Source: a virus
Lineage: Duplodnaviria; Caudoviricetes
IMG/VR virus record: IMGVR_UViG_2930337131_000001
Location: 1-64,000 of that record
Strand: one strand, 5' to 3'
Length of the DNA stretch: 64,000 nt
Below, in pieces: positions 27,438 to 37,000 of this stretch (positions within the stretch are counted from its first letter, which is position 1; every line of letters starts with the position of its first letter). The notes beneath the pieces are model-generated. The model searched no databases, had not been told where the DNA came from, and worked only from the letters and a program-made list of their open reading frames with translations. The position numbers and the translations under genes are program-made.

Positions 27438-28484
27438 ATGAGTTCGACCGCTCGTCACCCCAGCGAAAGCGGCGACCGCCCCACCGAGGCGGCCGCCCTT
27501 TCTGTAGTACCTGCGCCCGCGCCCGCGCTGCGCGAGCTCGAGCGGGTCCTGGACGTGTTCCGGACGGTCAACCGCAAGGCCAAGGACGTCGTGTCGGACT
27601 CCCGCCTGCAGCAACTCGAATGGGTCGCGGGCGAGCTCTCCCTGGCGCTCCCCCTCGGCCTGACCGAGACCGCCGGCGACTCCCTCGCCGAGCTGCTCGC
27701 ACCGGACGCCGTGCACGCCTACCTGCTCTACGGGCGCGGCGGCTACCTGCGGACCGCGCCCATAGTCGCCACCGACCCCACCAGCTACGACACCTCGGAG
27801 CGCATCCGGATCTTCTGCCTCGGCATCATCGCCGAGCAGGCCCGGATCGAGTTCGAGGCACCCGACCTTCCCCCGTGGGGACTGCGCCCCACCGTCTCCC
27901 CGAAGAAGGCCGACCTCATCACGGACCACCTGGAGGAGCAGGCCAAGCAGTGGACCGAGGTTGACCGGCCGGACGTCATCGTCCGCGGCCTGGCCATGTG
28001 GGGCGTCATGCGGGACGCCCTGCCGCGACTGGGCGAGCTGGAGTCCATGCTCGTCGAGGACATGGTCATCGAGGGGAAGACCCCCGTAGCGCTCACGATC
28101 GTGCGCCAGCCCCAGGGCGGCCTGCGCGGGAAGATGCCCGAGCCCGAGATCGTCGGTCTGTCCCCGGACACCGGCCGCCGTCTTGAGGGCTGGCTCGAGC
28201 GCCGCACCCGCCTGATGACCCGGCTGCAGGGCGGCGTGCCCCGGCACCTGTGGCTGTCCGCCTGGCACCCCAACACCGGCGTCCCCATCGACCGGCGCGG
28301 CATCAGCCGCTGGTACAAGGGCGTCGCCGACGAGGTCCAGGTCAAGCAGGACGCCGAGGGGACGCCGGAGGAGGAACTCGTGCCGACCCGGTGGGAGACG
28401 ATGCGCCGTACCCTCCTCGCGCACCGGCAGGCCACGGGAACCGCACCTGACCAGCGCGGGAAGCTACCGCCGTCGCCTGCATAG
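27438..28484 (+). CDS. tyrosine-recombinase-like protein lacking catalytic Tyr segment
   Basis: PRLGELESMLVED box I; WETMRRT in place of HxLR; protein ends with no downstream Tyr. Confidence 0.55.
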   Translation: MSSTARHPSESGDRPTEAAALSVVPAPAPALRELERVLDVFRTVNRKAKDVVSDSRLQQLEWVAGELSLALPLGLTETAGDSLAELLAPDAVHAYLLYGRGGYLRTAPIVATDPTSYDTSERIRIFCLGIIAEQARIEFEAPDLPPWGLRPTVSPKKADLITDHLEEQAKQWTEVDRPDVIVRGLAMWGVMRDALPRLGELESMLVEDMVIEGKTPVALTIVRQPQGGLRGKMPEPEIVGLSPDTGRRLEGWLERRTRLMTRLQGGVPRHLWLSAWHPNTGVPIDRRGISRWYKGVADEVQVKQDAEGTPEEELVPTRWETMRRTLLAHRQATGTAPDQRGKLPPSPA

Positions 28485-28493
28485 GGTGCGCCC

Positions 28494-29078
28494 GTGCTCC
28501 TCTCCGACAAAGACATCCGCAAGGCCATAGCCAACGACCGGCTGGGCATCGCTCCCTTCGACGACGCGATGGTGCAGCCGGCGTCCGTCGACGTGCGCCT
28601 AGCCCGCCAGTTCCGGGTCTTCGAGAACCACCGCGCCACCCACATCGACCCGGCCGAGGAACAGTCCGACCTCACCCGTCTCGTCGAGCCGGAGGGCGAC
28701 GAACCGTTCATCCTGCACCCCGGGGAATTCGTCCTCGCATCGACGTACGAGGTCATCACCCTGGCCGACGATCTCGCCGCCCGCCTCGAGGGCAAGAGCT
28801 CCCTCGGCCGGCTGGGGCTGGTCACCCACTCCACCGCCGGGTTCATCGACCCCGGCTTCTCCGGCCACGTCACGCTCGAGCTGTCCAACCTGGCGAACCT
28901 GCCGATCAAGCTGTGGCCCGGCATGAAGGTCGGCCAGTTGTGCGTGTTCGCCCTGTCCAGCCCGGCCGAGCACCCGTACGGCAGCACCGAGTGCGGCTCC
29001 CGCTACCAGGGACAGAGCGGGCCGACCGCGTCCCGCTCGAGCCGGAACTTCCACCGCACCGCACTGCCCTCGACGTAG
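28494..29078 (+). CDS. dcd: dCTP deaminase
   Basis: [50 protein letters not shown]. Confidence 0.95.
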   Translation: MLLSDKDIRKAIANDRLGIAPFDDAMVQPASVDVRLARQFRVFENHRATHIDPAEEQSDLTRLVEPEGDEPFILHPGEFVLASTYEVITLADDLAARLEGKSSLGRLGLVTHSTAGFIDPGFSGHVTLELSNLANLPIKLWPGMKVGQLCVFALSSPAEHPYGSTECGSRYQGQSGPTASRSSRNFHRTALPST

Positions 29079-29129
29079 ATCACCCGAGACGGCCCCTGGC
29101 GGCCCCCAGGGCGCTGCTACGGTCCCCGC

Positions 29130-29354
29130 ATGGACGTCGCCCAGTCTCAAGCCGCCACAGTGCCTCTCACGGTCGCAGAGCGCGCCCAGGTGGAGACCGC
29201 CGCGGCGGCCGCCGGGAAGACGTTCGACGACTTCGTGCGGGATGCCGTCCTCGCCGCGGCGTACGACCCGCTCGTCGTCGCCCTCGAGCGGGCCGCCGAC
29301 ACCGTCGCCGCCCGCAGCGCGGCCGACCGGATCCGCCACGACTACGCGGGCTGA
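29130..29354 (+). CDS. small ribbon-helix-helix-like protein
   Basis: ERAQVETAAAAAGKTFDDFVRDAVL. Confidence 0.55.
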   Translation: MDVAQSQAATVPLTVAERAQVETAAAAAGKTFDDFVRDAVLAAAYDPLVVALERAADTVAARSAADRIRHDYAG

Positions 29355-29380
29355 GTCCCTTCGGCCCCTTGGCACACGAA

Positions 29381-29418
29381 AGGGCCCGGTACCGACGGGG
29401 GATGCGGTACCGGGCCCT
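29381..29418. terminator. hairpin between convergent genes
   Basis: 14-bp arms AGGGCCCGGTACCG / CGGTACCGGGCCCT. Confidence 0.7.
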
Positions 29419-29427
29419 CCTGGCAGG

Positions 29428-30600
29428 TTACTTGCTCCGGTCGCGTGCTGCTTCGGCTTCGCTCGCGCGAGTCTCCAGGGCGCGCTCCCGGTCCGCGGCC
29501 GCGCGGAGCTGCTCCTTCGCCTGGTCCAGCTCGCTGCGCAGCTCGTCGATTCGGGTCTCGCGCGTCTCCAGCCGCTTGTTCGTGCGCTCGAGCTCCGCGG
29601 CGAGTCCGGCCCGGACCGTCTCGGCCGCGTCCTTCGCCGCGGTGACCATGCCCTCGGCGTTCCGCATGGCCTGCCGCCCGCTCTCCTCCGCCTCGTTGGC
29701 GCGCGCCTCCGCGGCCGCGGCCCTCGCGTTGGCCTCCTCGACCTGCGCCGCGGCGGCCGCCTGCCCCTGCTCGAGCGTCGTGGTCATCTCCGCGACCCGG
29801 CGGTCGGCCTCGACCCGGGCCTCCCCGGCGGCGTTCTCCGCGGCCTGGACCTCCTCCGCCGTACGCCGGCGCATCGCGTTGATCTCGTCGGCCGCGGCCT
29901 GGCGGGCAGCGTTGACGTGCGTCTCGGTCAAGGCCTTCGCCTCGGCGATCTCGCGCTTGGCCTCGGCGCGCGCCTCCTCCGCCGACGTCTCCGCCGCCTC
30001 GACCCTGGCGTTGGCCTCCCTGTTGATCCGCTCGACCTCGGCCTGGAAGTGGGCGCGGGCTTCCTCGAGCTCCGCCTCCATCTGCTCCGCGGCCTGGTTG
30101 GCGGCCTCCGCCTCCTGTTCGGCCGCACCCTTCGCGTTCTGCGCGGCGACCTTGGCTGAGCGCTCCTGGTCCGCGCGCGCCTCGGCCTGCGCGATACGGG
30201 TGTTGGCCTCGCTCTCCACGGCGAGCACCTGGGCCTCGGCCGCCTCCGGGTCGTTGATCGTCTGCATCAGATCGACGTACCGGGGCAGGTCGCGGAGCAG
30301 CCCCTGAACGTGGCCGATCACCTGCTCCCGGACGTTGACCGCGTTCACCGCGGCGTCCGTGACGGGCTTGTCGGTCTCCGGCTCCTCCACGGCGGGCGCG
30401 CCGCCCGCGGCCCTGGCCATCTTGCGCTTCGCCCGCCACGCGCTGCCGGCGTTGTGGTCCGGCCGGACGCAGTACTCCGGCGCCGGGCCGGGCGCCGACG
30501 GATCCCTCTTCGGCTCCCGCTCGTCCCCGCATCCGGGGAACTTGCAGGTCACCTGTTCCGCGTTCTCCCCGGCCGGGGCATCGGCGCTGGGCTCGCTCAT
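29428..30600 (-). CDS. long coiled-coil protein with N-terminal C3H zinc-binding motif (KfrA-like architecture)
   Basis: CKFPGC...YCVRPDH then about 280 aa of A/E/R heptads. Confidence 0.7.
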   Translation of the reverse strand: MSEPSADAPAGENAEQVTCKFPGCGDEREPKRDPSAPGPAPEYCVRPDHNAGSAWRAKRKMARAAGGAPAVEEPETDKPVTDAAVNAVNVREQVIGHVQGLLRDLPRYVDLMQTINDPEAAEAQVLAVESEANTRIAQAEARADQERSAKVAAQNAKGAAEQEAEAANQAAEQMEAELEEARAHFQAEVERINREANARVEAAETSAEEARAEAKREIAEAKALTETHVNAARQAAADEINAMRRRTAEEVQAAENAAGEARVEADRRVAEMTTTLEQGQAAAAAQVEEANARAAAAEARANEAEESGRQAMRNAEGMVTAAKDAAETVRAGLAAELERTNKRLETRETRIDELRSELDQAKEQLRAAADRERALETRASEAEAARDRSK

Positions 30601-30671
30601 GGACGTTGCTCTCCTGGGTCGCTTCGGTCGCTCTGGAGGTCCGGGCGCCCGAGTTGTACCACACGCGAGAA

Positions 30672-30733
30672 CTCATCCCATCTCATCTCATCTCAACTCA
30701 TCACGGTGATGAGATGTGATGCGATGGGATGAG
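30672..30733. repeat. inverted arrays of CTCAT pentamers
   Basis: (CTCAT-like)x6 CAC G GTG (ATGAG-like)x5 between divergent genes. Confidence 0.8.
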
Positions 30734-30795
30734 ATTGGATCGCGCACCGGGGTTTCCGGGCCCGCGTTGTCGGCGCCCGCCGCTACCGTGCTGGG

Positions 30796-32034
30796 ATGCC
30801 ACGTCCCCAACCCATTGAGCTGTGGGCCGGACTGAACCCCCGCCAGCAGACGTACCTCACCGCGGTCTACAACGCCGACCAGAACGCCGAGGCCAACCAG
30901 AAGGGCGGCGCGTTCGACTGGGGACACGGCCCGCCGGCCAGCGAGTGGCGGTGGCAGACCTTTTGCCTGAAGGCCCCGAAGGAATGGGTGGGCCGCACGG
31001 CCATGCAGTACGAGCTGGACGCGAAGGGCGAGCACGACCAGGGCGCCGGGTCCTCCCTCGCCGCGCTGCGCCGACGCGCGCTGATCGAGGTCGCAGAGGA
31101 CCAAGTTCAGACCGTGCTCGGCTGGGTCCCCCGCGTACGGGTGAAGTTGACGACCCTCGGCCGCGCCACCGCCCGCGCGGGCCTCGGCCACACCGCGCCC
31201 AAGTCCCCGCCGCGCGGGATGCTCTCCGAGTGGCTGTGGTCCAACCTCGTGCGCCTCTACCGGGCCGGGCCCGAGGGGATGCCCAGCGAGTCACCGCGCG
31301 GCACCCCGTACGAGGAACGCGCCCCTTCCCAGAAGGCCCGCCTCTTCCTGGAACGGATGGACCGCAAGGAGGGACGGTTCATCGAGCAGCGCCGCGTGAA
31401 GAACGGGGAGCCGTACGAGAGCTACCTGAATCCCGGGCAGATGATCACCCCGACCGAGCCCCGAGTGTTCCTCACCGACGCAGGCCGCGCGCACTACGAG
31501 CACCATCTGCGCTGCTACGCCGAGCTGTACCCGGACATCGAGGCGCCCGTACCTGAACATCTCCCCGAGGACGCCCACCTCGGCCTGGAGTCCCACAAGG
31601 TCCACAAGCCCCGCGGACTCCTGGCCCGCCCTCCGTACCTGCTCCTGGTCGCGCTGGTCTCGGCCGACGTGCGCAACCACCTGTGGATCCGCAAGGAGTT
31701 CCACCGGTACGGCAGCGGCCTCGACAGCGTCACGGCGGACGCCCTGGCCGCGCTGCCGGCGGGGATCACTCACCCCCGCAATGTCACGCGCAGCGCTACC
31801 GCGCCCGGCAAGCTGCTCACGTTCCGCGGCGGCCCGCTTGCCGCCGAGACTGTGGTCTCCCCATGGCTGGACCCGTGGCGCCGGACGCGGGAGGGAGACC
31901 TGACGATCCTGCACCTGACCGACGCCGGCCGCGCACACTACGCCGCCAACCTCCCCGCGTACAAAGCCACCTACGACGACGTGGACGCCCCGGACGCACC
32001 CGAGGAGTGGGCCAGCCTCCCCGCGGGCCAGTGA
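30796..32034 (+). CDS. protein with three tandem winged-helix-like repeats
   Basis: VKLTTLGRA, VFLTDAGRAHY, LHLTDAGRAHY. Confidence 0.65.
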   Translation: MPRPQPIELWAGLNPRQQTYLTAVYNADQNAEANQKGGAFDWGHGPPASEWRWQTFCLKAPKEWVGRTAMQYELDAKGEHDQGAGSSLAALRRRALIEVAEDQVQTVLGWVPRVRVKLTTLGRATARAGLGHTAPKSPPRGMLSEWLWSNLVRLYRAGPEGMPSESPRGTPYEERAPSQKARLFLERMDRKEGRFIEQRRVKNGEPYESYLNPGQMITPTEPRVFLTDAGRAHYEHHLRCYAELYPDIEAPVPEHLPEDAHLGLESHKVHKPRGLLARPPYLLLVALVSADVRNHLWIRKEFHRYGSGLDSVTADALAALPAGITHPRNVTRSATAPGKLLTFRGGPLAAETVVSPWLDPWRRTREGDLTILHLTDAGRAHYAANLPAYKATYDDVDAPDAPEEWASLPAGQ

Positions 32035-32040
32035 ACGCCA

Positions 32041-32074
32041 CAGGGGCCCCGTACGGCGTCGTACGGGGCCCCTG
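32041..32074. terminator. hairpin between convergent genes
   Basis: Perfect 15-4-15 inverted repeat. Confidence 0.75.
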
Positions 32075-32082
32075 CCGTCTGA

Positions 32083-32535
32083 TCACTCGGCCGGGTGCGC
32101 GTCCAGCCACCGGGACAGCTCATGCGCGGAGCCGAGGACCGCCGGCCGGTTCGTCCCGAGGGCCGTGGCGCCCTTGTCCTCCCCCACCGCGATGCCGTCC
32201 TCCATCTTGTTGATCAGGACGTACGCCCCCGACCAGAACTCCGGCCCTGTGCCCTTGTCCGCGTGCATCGCAGTCCGCAGGGTCCGCGCGGGCCCCATGA
32301 GCGCCTGCATCTGCTTCCAGCACGTCCCCGGCTCCTGCTCGAGGCAGCCGCCGTCCGTGTCGAACTTCTCCACCGCGGCCTGGAACTTGGTGGTGGCCGC
32401 CCCCAGGCTCACCGTCTTCGCCTTCGCCGCCGGCTTTGCGTCGTCCTTGCTGCTCGAGCCGCAGCCGCTCACGGCCGCCACGGTCACGGCCAGGACCACG
32501 CCCACGGCCGCCTTCCCCCACGTGTGTCTCCCCAT
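32083..32535 (-). CDS. lipoprotein
   Basis: Signal peptide with VSGC lipobox. Confidence 0.75.
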   Translation of the reverse strand: MGRHTWGKAAVGVVLAVTVAAVSGCGSSSKDDAKPAAKAKTVSLGAATTKFQAAVEKFDTDGGCLEQEPGTCWKQMQALMGPARTLRTAMHADKGTGPEFWSGAYVLINKMEDGIAVGEDKGATALGTNRPAVLGSAHELSRWLDAHPAE

Positions 32536-32639
32536 GGCGGGAGATCATCGCACGGGCCGCCGACATGCACACGATCAGCCGTAGGCCGCGCACGGCAAAG
32601 GGCCCCGACCAATGGCCGGGGCCCCTCGGTTCAGCAGCG

Positions 32640-33077
32640 TCACGCGTGCGTGTTGGAGCGGCCTCCCCACCGGTTGTTGTTCGTGATGTTCACCGTCTTG
32701 CCCGCCCGGTTCGAGGGCGCCATCTTCCAGGCGAGCAGCAGCAGCGCAATCGCCGCGACCGCGCCGCCCGCAGCCGAGAACGCACTGATGAGCTGGCTTG
32801 CCCCGGCGAGGAACTGCCCCGCTCCCCAGCCCGCGACGCCACCGCCGACACCGCCACCGAACAGGCGCTGCGCGAGCGGGTCGATGAGCGGCTGGGGGCT
32901 CAGGTCCCGGGCCGGGGTCGGCGCGGTCGGCTGCAGGGCGGAACGGCGCACCGCCACGGACCGGTTCGGATCGTACGGGTCCTGGACGTGGACGATCGGG
33001 TCGTTCTCGTCGCCCAGCTCGACGAACCCCACGACCGGCTGAGGGGTGTACGCGCGGATCACAGGCTTGCCGGACAT
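32640..33077 (-). CDS. membrane protein downstream of traB (Spd-like)
   Basis: GGAG RBS; Gly/Ala-rich TM segments; overlaps traB end. Confidence 0.6.
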   Translation of the reverse strand: MSGKPVIRAYTPQPVVGFVELGDENDPIVHVQDPYDPNRSVAVRRSALQPTAPTPARDLSPQPLIDPLAQRLFGGGVGGGVAGWGAGQFLAGASQLISAFSAAGGAVAAIALLLLAWKMAPSNRAGKTVNITNNNRWGGRSNTHA

Positions 33078-35065
33078 GCGGAGTTCTCCTTGCTGGTGTC
33101 GTCGACGTCGGCTTCGGGGGTGTGCTGCGCGGCAGTGAGGACGAAGACGACTGAGCGGTCGCGCTTGCCGTTCTCGGTCACCCAGCCCTGACCAACCCAC
33201 TGGGACAGCCACGGGCTGATGGACGAGTGGTGATTGCAGATCCCGTCCCGGACCGCCTCGCCCTTGGTCAGGCCCTCGGGACCGGCCTTCTCCAGGGCCC
33301 GCCACAGCTCCAGCCGGTTCTCCTCGATCCGGGAGCCGTCCGGGTACGTCGGGACGGCGCGCAGCACCGGCCGGCCGCCGCCCCGCGGGCCGCCACCACC
33401 GCCGCGCGGGGGCGGAGGGGGCGTCGGGTCCGGGTCGGGTTCCAGGTCCGGGTGCGGGCGGACGTCCGCGTCCGTGTCCTCGGCGGCCGGGGCGTGCTCG
33501 CGGGACGTCTCGAGGATCTCCTCCTCGGTGATCCAGTAGCAGCGGCCTTCGTTCGGCGCCGTGTACCGCTCGGACGAGACCATGCACTTGCCCGGCAGGT
33601 CGAGCTCGTCGAGGCGCCAGCCCTTCCCGTACGCGCCCGTCCCCATGATCATGTTGATGGGGGTGGGCTCGTTGACGGGCAGGCCGATGCGCACGCCGAA
33701 CTGCTGCCGGGTGTCGGTGCCCTTCCCCCCGAATGCCTGCTCGCTGGGCGACTGGGTCGCGGCGATGATGCGGATACCCATGGCGCGGGACACCTGCATC
33801 AGCGTCATCAGCTCGGACGCCACGTCGGGCGCCTGGCGGATGAGCTCGGCGAGCTCGTCGATGATCAGGACGATGTACTTGCCGTGCTTCCGGGTCCACT
33901 TCTTGACCCGCTCGCCCTTCGGGCCGCGCAGCGTCGACAGGTGCTTGCCGCGCCGGGTCATCTCGCCCTTGAGCCAGACCAGGACCTGACGCGCAGTGTC
34001 CGGGTCGTCGGCGAGGGCGATCATGTTGTCGCGCCACGGGCCCAGCTCGAGCGCGCCGGGCTTCATGTCGATGCCCGCGAGGTCGACGTCGCCGCAGGCC
34101 ACGAGGTTCGCGGCGAGGACGTTGACGGCCCCGGACTTGCCCTTGTTGGTGCCACCGGCGACCAGGACGTGCCCGTCGACGATGTCGACCAGGATCTCGC
34201 TGCCGTCGGGGTAGACGCCGATCGGGATGGGCTGCTCGATCGAGTCGATGCGCACGCCCGGCCACGAGATGCCAGGTCCGGCGAGCGGGTCCGTGGTCTG
34301 CAGACGCACGATCAACTGGTTCGGCTGCGCGCCCTCGGTGAGACGGAGCCGGCCGGGGAGGTCGAGGTTCGCCTGGAGCTGCTGCCGCTTGGCGATGACG
34401 GAGGCCGCGGACGTGTTCTTGCCCGGGGGCAGCGTCACCAGGCAGTACCAACCGGTCTCGGTGAACACGATCCGGGAGACGTCGACGGCGGGCACGCCCA
34501 GGGCCACCAGGGCGCGGCGCAGCGCGGTCTCCTCCTCGGTGTCGCCCGTGACTCCGGCCTGGCCGACGTTCACGCCCATGCCGTCGGGCAGGGGCGCGGT
34601 CTTGGCCGCCTTGATCTGCAGGTTGAACCGCTCGTGGCGGGACTTGATCAGCCACGGCACGTACACCGCGTACGAGGAGATCGTTACGACACCCGAGGCG
34701 ATGAGCGACGGGACGGTCGGGCCGGTGATGGCGCCGATCGCCGTGTTCACGATCGTGCCCGTGGAGGCGACGCCGAGGGAGGTGGCGAGTCCGTTCTTGT
34801 GCTTGATGCCGCCCCAGGTCAGGCCGCCCGCGGCGGCGAGCGCCACGCCGTACCCGGCGTACGCCTCCGGTGTGACGCCGGCGAGGTGGTGGAGCCAGCC
34901 CAGGCACGTCATGCCGAAGGTCACCGCGGCCGGGGCCAGTTCGTAGCGCATCCGCCCGCACCAGCGGCACACAGCCTCGGCCATGCGGCGCGTACGGCCG
35001 TGGGGCGAGATTTCGTCTATGGGTGGCGGGGTGACGTGATCGGTCTTCTCGCGAGGGATGAACAC
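33059..35065 (-). CDS. traB: FtsK/SpoIIIE-family conjugative DNA translocase (TraB-like)
   Basis: N-terminal TMs, Walker A GGTNKGKS, IDMK, Walker B IIDELAEL, ATQSP, C-terminal wHTH. Confidence 0.85.
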   Translation of the reverse strand: MFIPREKTDHVTPPPIDEISPHGRTRRMAEAVCRWCGRMRYELAPAAVTFGMTCLGWLHHLAGVTPEAYAGYGVALAAAGGLTWGGIKHKNGLATSLGVASTGTIVNTAIGAITGPTVPSLIASGVVTISSYAVYVPWLIKSRHERFNLQIKAAKTAPLPDGMGVNVGQAGVTGDTEEETALRRALVALGVPAVDVSRIVFTETGWYCLVTLPPGKNTSAASVIAKRQQLQANLDLPGRLRLTEGAQPNQLIVRLQTTDPLAGPGISWPGVRIDSIEQPIPIGVYPDGSEILVDIVDGHVLVAGGTNKGKSGAVNVLAANLVACGDVDLAGIDMKPGALELGPWRDNMIALADDPDTARQVLVWLKGEMTRRGKHLSTLRGPKGERVKKWTRKHGKYIVLIIDELAELIRQAPDVASELMTLMQVSRAMGIRIIAATQSPSEQAFGGKGTDTRQQFGVRIGLPVNEPTPINMIMGTGAYGKGWRLDELDLPGKCMVSSERYTAPNEGRCYWITEEEILETSREHAPAAEDTDADVRPHPDLEPDPDPTPPPPPRGGGGGPRGGGRPVLRAVPTYPDGSRIEENRLELWRALEKAGPEGLTKGEAVRDGICNHHSSISPWLSQWVGQGWVTENGKRDRSVVFVLTAAQHTPEADVDDTSKENSACPASL

Positions 35066-35071
35066 GTCACG

Positions 35072-35128
35072 TCACCTCGCCAGGAGGGACGCGGAAAGGC
35101 GGACAACGGCTGCGGTGCGCGAGGGCAT
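35072..35128 (-). CDS. 18-aa leader peptide MPSRTAAVVRLSASLLAR upstream of traB
   Basis: Directly follows leader copy 11 RBS; stop lies 6 bp before traB GTG. Confidence 0.45.
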   Translation of the reverse strand: MPSRTAAVVRLSASLLAR

Positions 35129-35172
35129 CGGGGTGTTCCTTCGTTCGTGGTCTCGGCGGTGCTCTCCGCCGT
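35129..35172 (-). promoter_or_regulatory. AGAGCA-hairpin leader (copy 11)
   Basis: CGGCGG-AGAGCA-CCGCCG-AGACCACGAA-CGAAGGAACACC. Confidence 0.75.
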
Positions 35173-35217
35173 GGGGCCTGGCCATGACGCCAGATGTTCG
35201 GTTGTCGCAGGTGCGGG

Positions 35218-35466
35218 TTACGGGCCGGGCGGCCCGAGCGTCACGGGGTCGGTCGTCTTGTCGTGCCAGACGTAGCCCCACTGATGACGACTGGTCATCT
35301 GTGTTTCGGGTGGGAGCGCGCGGCCGGCGATGGCTGCCACGGCCGTGGTCATGCTGTCCACGGCGTCCATGCGTTTGGCCGTGCGCACATTGGTCGGGGT
35401 GCCCGGCGGGATCGTGAACTGGAAAGTCACTGTGAGCACCCGCGGGGCATCTCGCTCCGACGTCAT
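35218..35466 (-). CDS. hypothetical protein
   Basis: GAGGGG RBS; 82 aa. Confidence 0.5.
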   Translation of the reverse strand: MTSERDAPRVLTVTFQFTIPPGTPTNVRTAKRMDAVDSMTTAVAAIAGRALPPETQMTSRHQWGYVWHDKTTDPVTLGPPGP

Positions 35467-35550
35467 TCGTCCCCCCTCTGGATCAGACACAGCCCTCATT
35501 GTGCCTGATCTGTCGGGGAGATTGATAGTTCTCCGGGAGAACTTGCGCCC

Positions 35551-35868
35551 TCAGCGCCTACGAACCAGGAGTGGCCTGGCCTTTTCCAGAAGGATTCGCA
35601 CGTTCTCCGGGAGAGCTGGGGGAGCTGGGGGCGGTTCCAGGCCCAGCCACTCGAGCGCCAACTCCTCCGGCCACGGCGTCCACGCCACGAGGGGCACCAC
35701 CTGGTCCAGGTCCGCCTTCACGCGCGCCGGGTGCGTCCGCTTCCACGCCTCCGCCCACGCGGCCTCGTCGGCACGCTCCGCCTCGGCCTCGAGCCAGTGC
35801 AGGATCCGCCGCGGCCCCCGCGCCTCCAGCCAGCCGTCTTCCAGCAGCGTGGCGTACAGGCCCTTCAC
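35551..35868 (-). CDS. hypothetical protein
   Basis: GTGA overlap, GGAGG RBS. Confidence 0.55.
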   Translation of the reverse strand: MKGLYATLLEDGWLEARGPRRILHWLEAEAERADEAAWAEAWKRTHPARVKADLDQVVPLVAWTPWPEELALEWLGLEPPPAPPALPENVRILLEKARPLLVRRR

Positions 35869-36515
35869 GATGCCCTCCGCGGGGCGCGGACGGGCTGCAT
35901 GTGCTCCTTGCAGTTCACGCACCGCACCACGCCCTTGAAGCGCGGGTGCGGCTCCGTGCCCAACGGCCCGCACAGCTCGCACGCGCGCGGGAACACCCAC
36001 TCGCTTGCCTCGACTGCCGATGCGATCGGGGGGTCGTGCGGCGTCGCCGCGTCGTACATGTCATTCCACGTGAACCGCGTACCGTCCCGGTCCGGTTCCG
36101 ACTGATGCCAACCGCCAGGCTGGTCCCGCACGGGCATGAGCGACGGGTCGTAGTGGCCCACCGGCCGCCCGCAGGAAACCCGGCCCGCCATGGCGTGCAG
36201 CATGGTCGCGCTGCAGGTGGTCACCTCACCCGAGCACTCTGGACACGGCACGGGCCTCTGCTCCCACCGCGTGAGGTCGGGGACCACACCGCGGCCGCGG
36301 CAGCGGCGGCAAGGCGGAGCCGGCGGCTTCGGCGGGGGAAACGACACCTCGAGCTTCACCAGGTCGGGGTGCCGGTCGGACGGGCCGAGTGCGTCGACCT
36401 GGCAGTGCAGGGTGACCGTCCGCCAGCCCTCGAGGGGCAGCGTGGAAGGCAGCTCGCCCTTGAGCAGCTCGGGCAGCTCCTCGGCGGTGATCTCGCGGTT
36501 TCCGGGGGCGGTCAT
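35865..36515 (-). CDS. zinc-finger protein
   Basis: CRRCRGRG..CPECSG, CELC..CVNC. Confidence 0.6.
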   Translation of the reverse strand: MTAPGNREITAEELPELLKGELPSTLPLEGWRTVTLHCQVDALGPSDRHPDLVKLEVSFPPPKPPAPPCRRCRGRGVVPDLTRWEQRPVPCPECSGEVTTCSATMLHAMAGRVSCGRPVGHYDPSLMPVRDQPGGWHQSEPDRDGTRFTWNDMYDAATPHDPPIASAVEASEWVFPRACELCGPLGTEPHPRFKGVVRCVNCKEHMQPVRAPRRAS

Positions 36516-36694
36516 GCGGTCAGCACCGCCATAGACCAGCAGAAGGCCATGAACACGGAGACGAAGCCGACGACAACTCCCCAGAGCTGCGCGGCCCCCT
36601 TCCACGATCCATCCATGTGGTAGCCCAGCCAGGTGATTCCCCCGGCGAAGGCGGCCACGGTCGCCACCACCACGACCCACGCCAACACGACCAT
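36512..36694 (-). CDS. small 2-TM membrane protein
   Basis: Two hydrophobic helices; overlap coupling. Confidence 0.55.
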   Translation of the reverse strand: MVVLAWVVVVATVAAFAGGITWLGYHMDGSWKGAAQLWGVVVGFVSVFMAFCWSMAVLTA

Positions 36695-36697
36695 GTC

Positions 36698-37000
36698 CTA
36701 CGCCTCCACTTCAGTGAGCCCGGCGGCGTCGGCCAGGCGCGCGTACCAGCCCTCGACGGTCAACGCCGTGATCCGACAGGCCAGATGCCGGGGCATGACC
36801 CGCCGGAAAATGCTCAGGGGAAGGACGAACTCCACCTCGGCCAGAAGTGGCCGGGCGGGGAGCAACCCGCCCGGCTTGTACTCCTGCTCGGTGTCGAGCT
36901 GGGCGTCCGCGGCGTAGCCGACGTACGACCAGGCGCCGGCCGCGTCCGGCGGGGTTCCCGCCGGAGCCGTCCACACCGCACCGCCCACCGGGCCCGTCAC
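36698..37000 (-). CDS. hypothetical protein
   Basis: GTGA overlap. Confidence 0.55.
   Translation of the reverse strand: MTGPVGGAVWTAPAGTPPDAAGAWSYVGYAADAQLDTEQEYKPGGLLPARPLLAEVEFVLPLSIFRRVMPRHLACRITALTVEGWYARLADAAGLTEVEA

Noticed and set aside
32640-34970. 776-aa ORF overlapping traB
   Set aside because: Only the last 145 codons (from 33077, with RBS) look coding; the rest is an alternate frame of traB.
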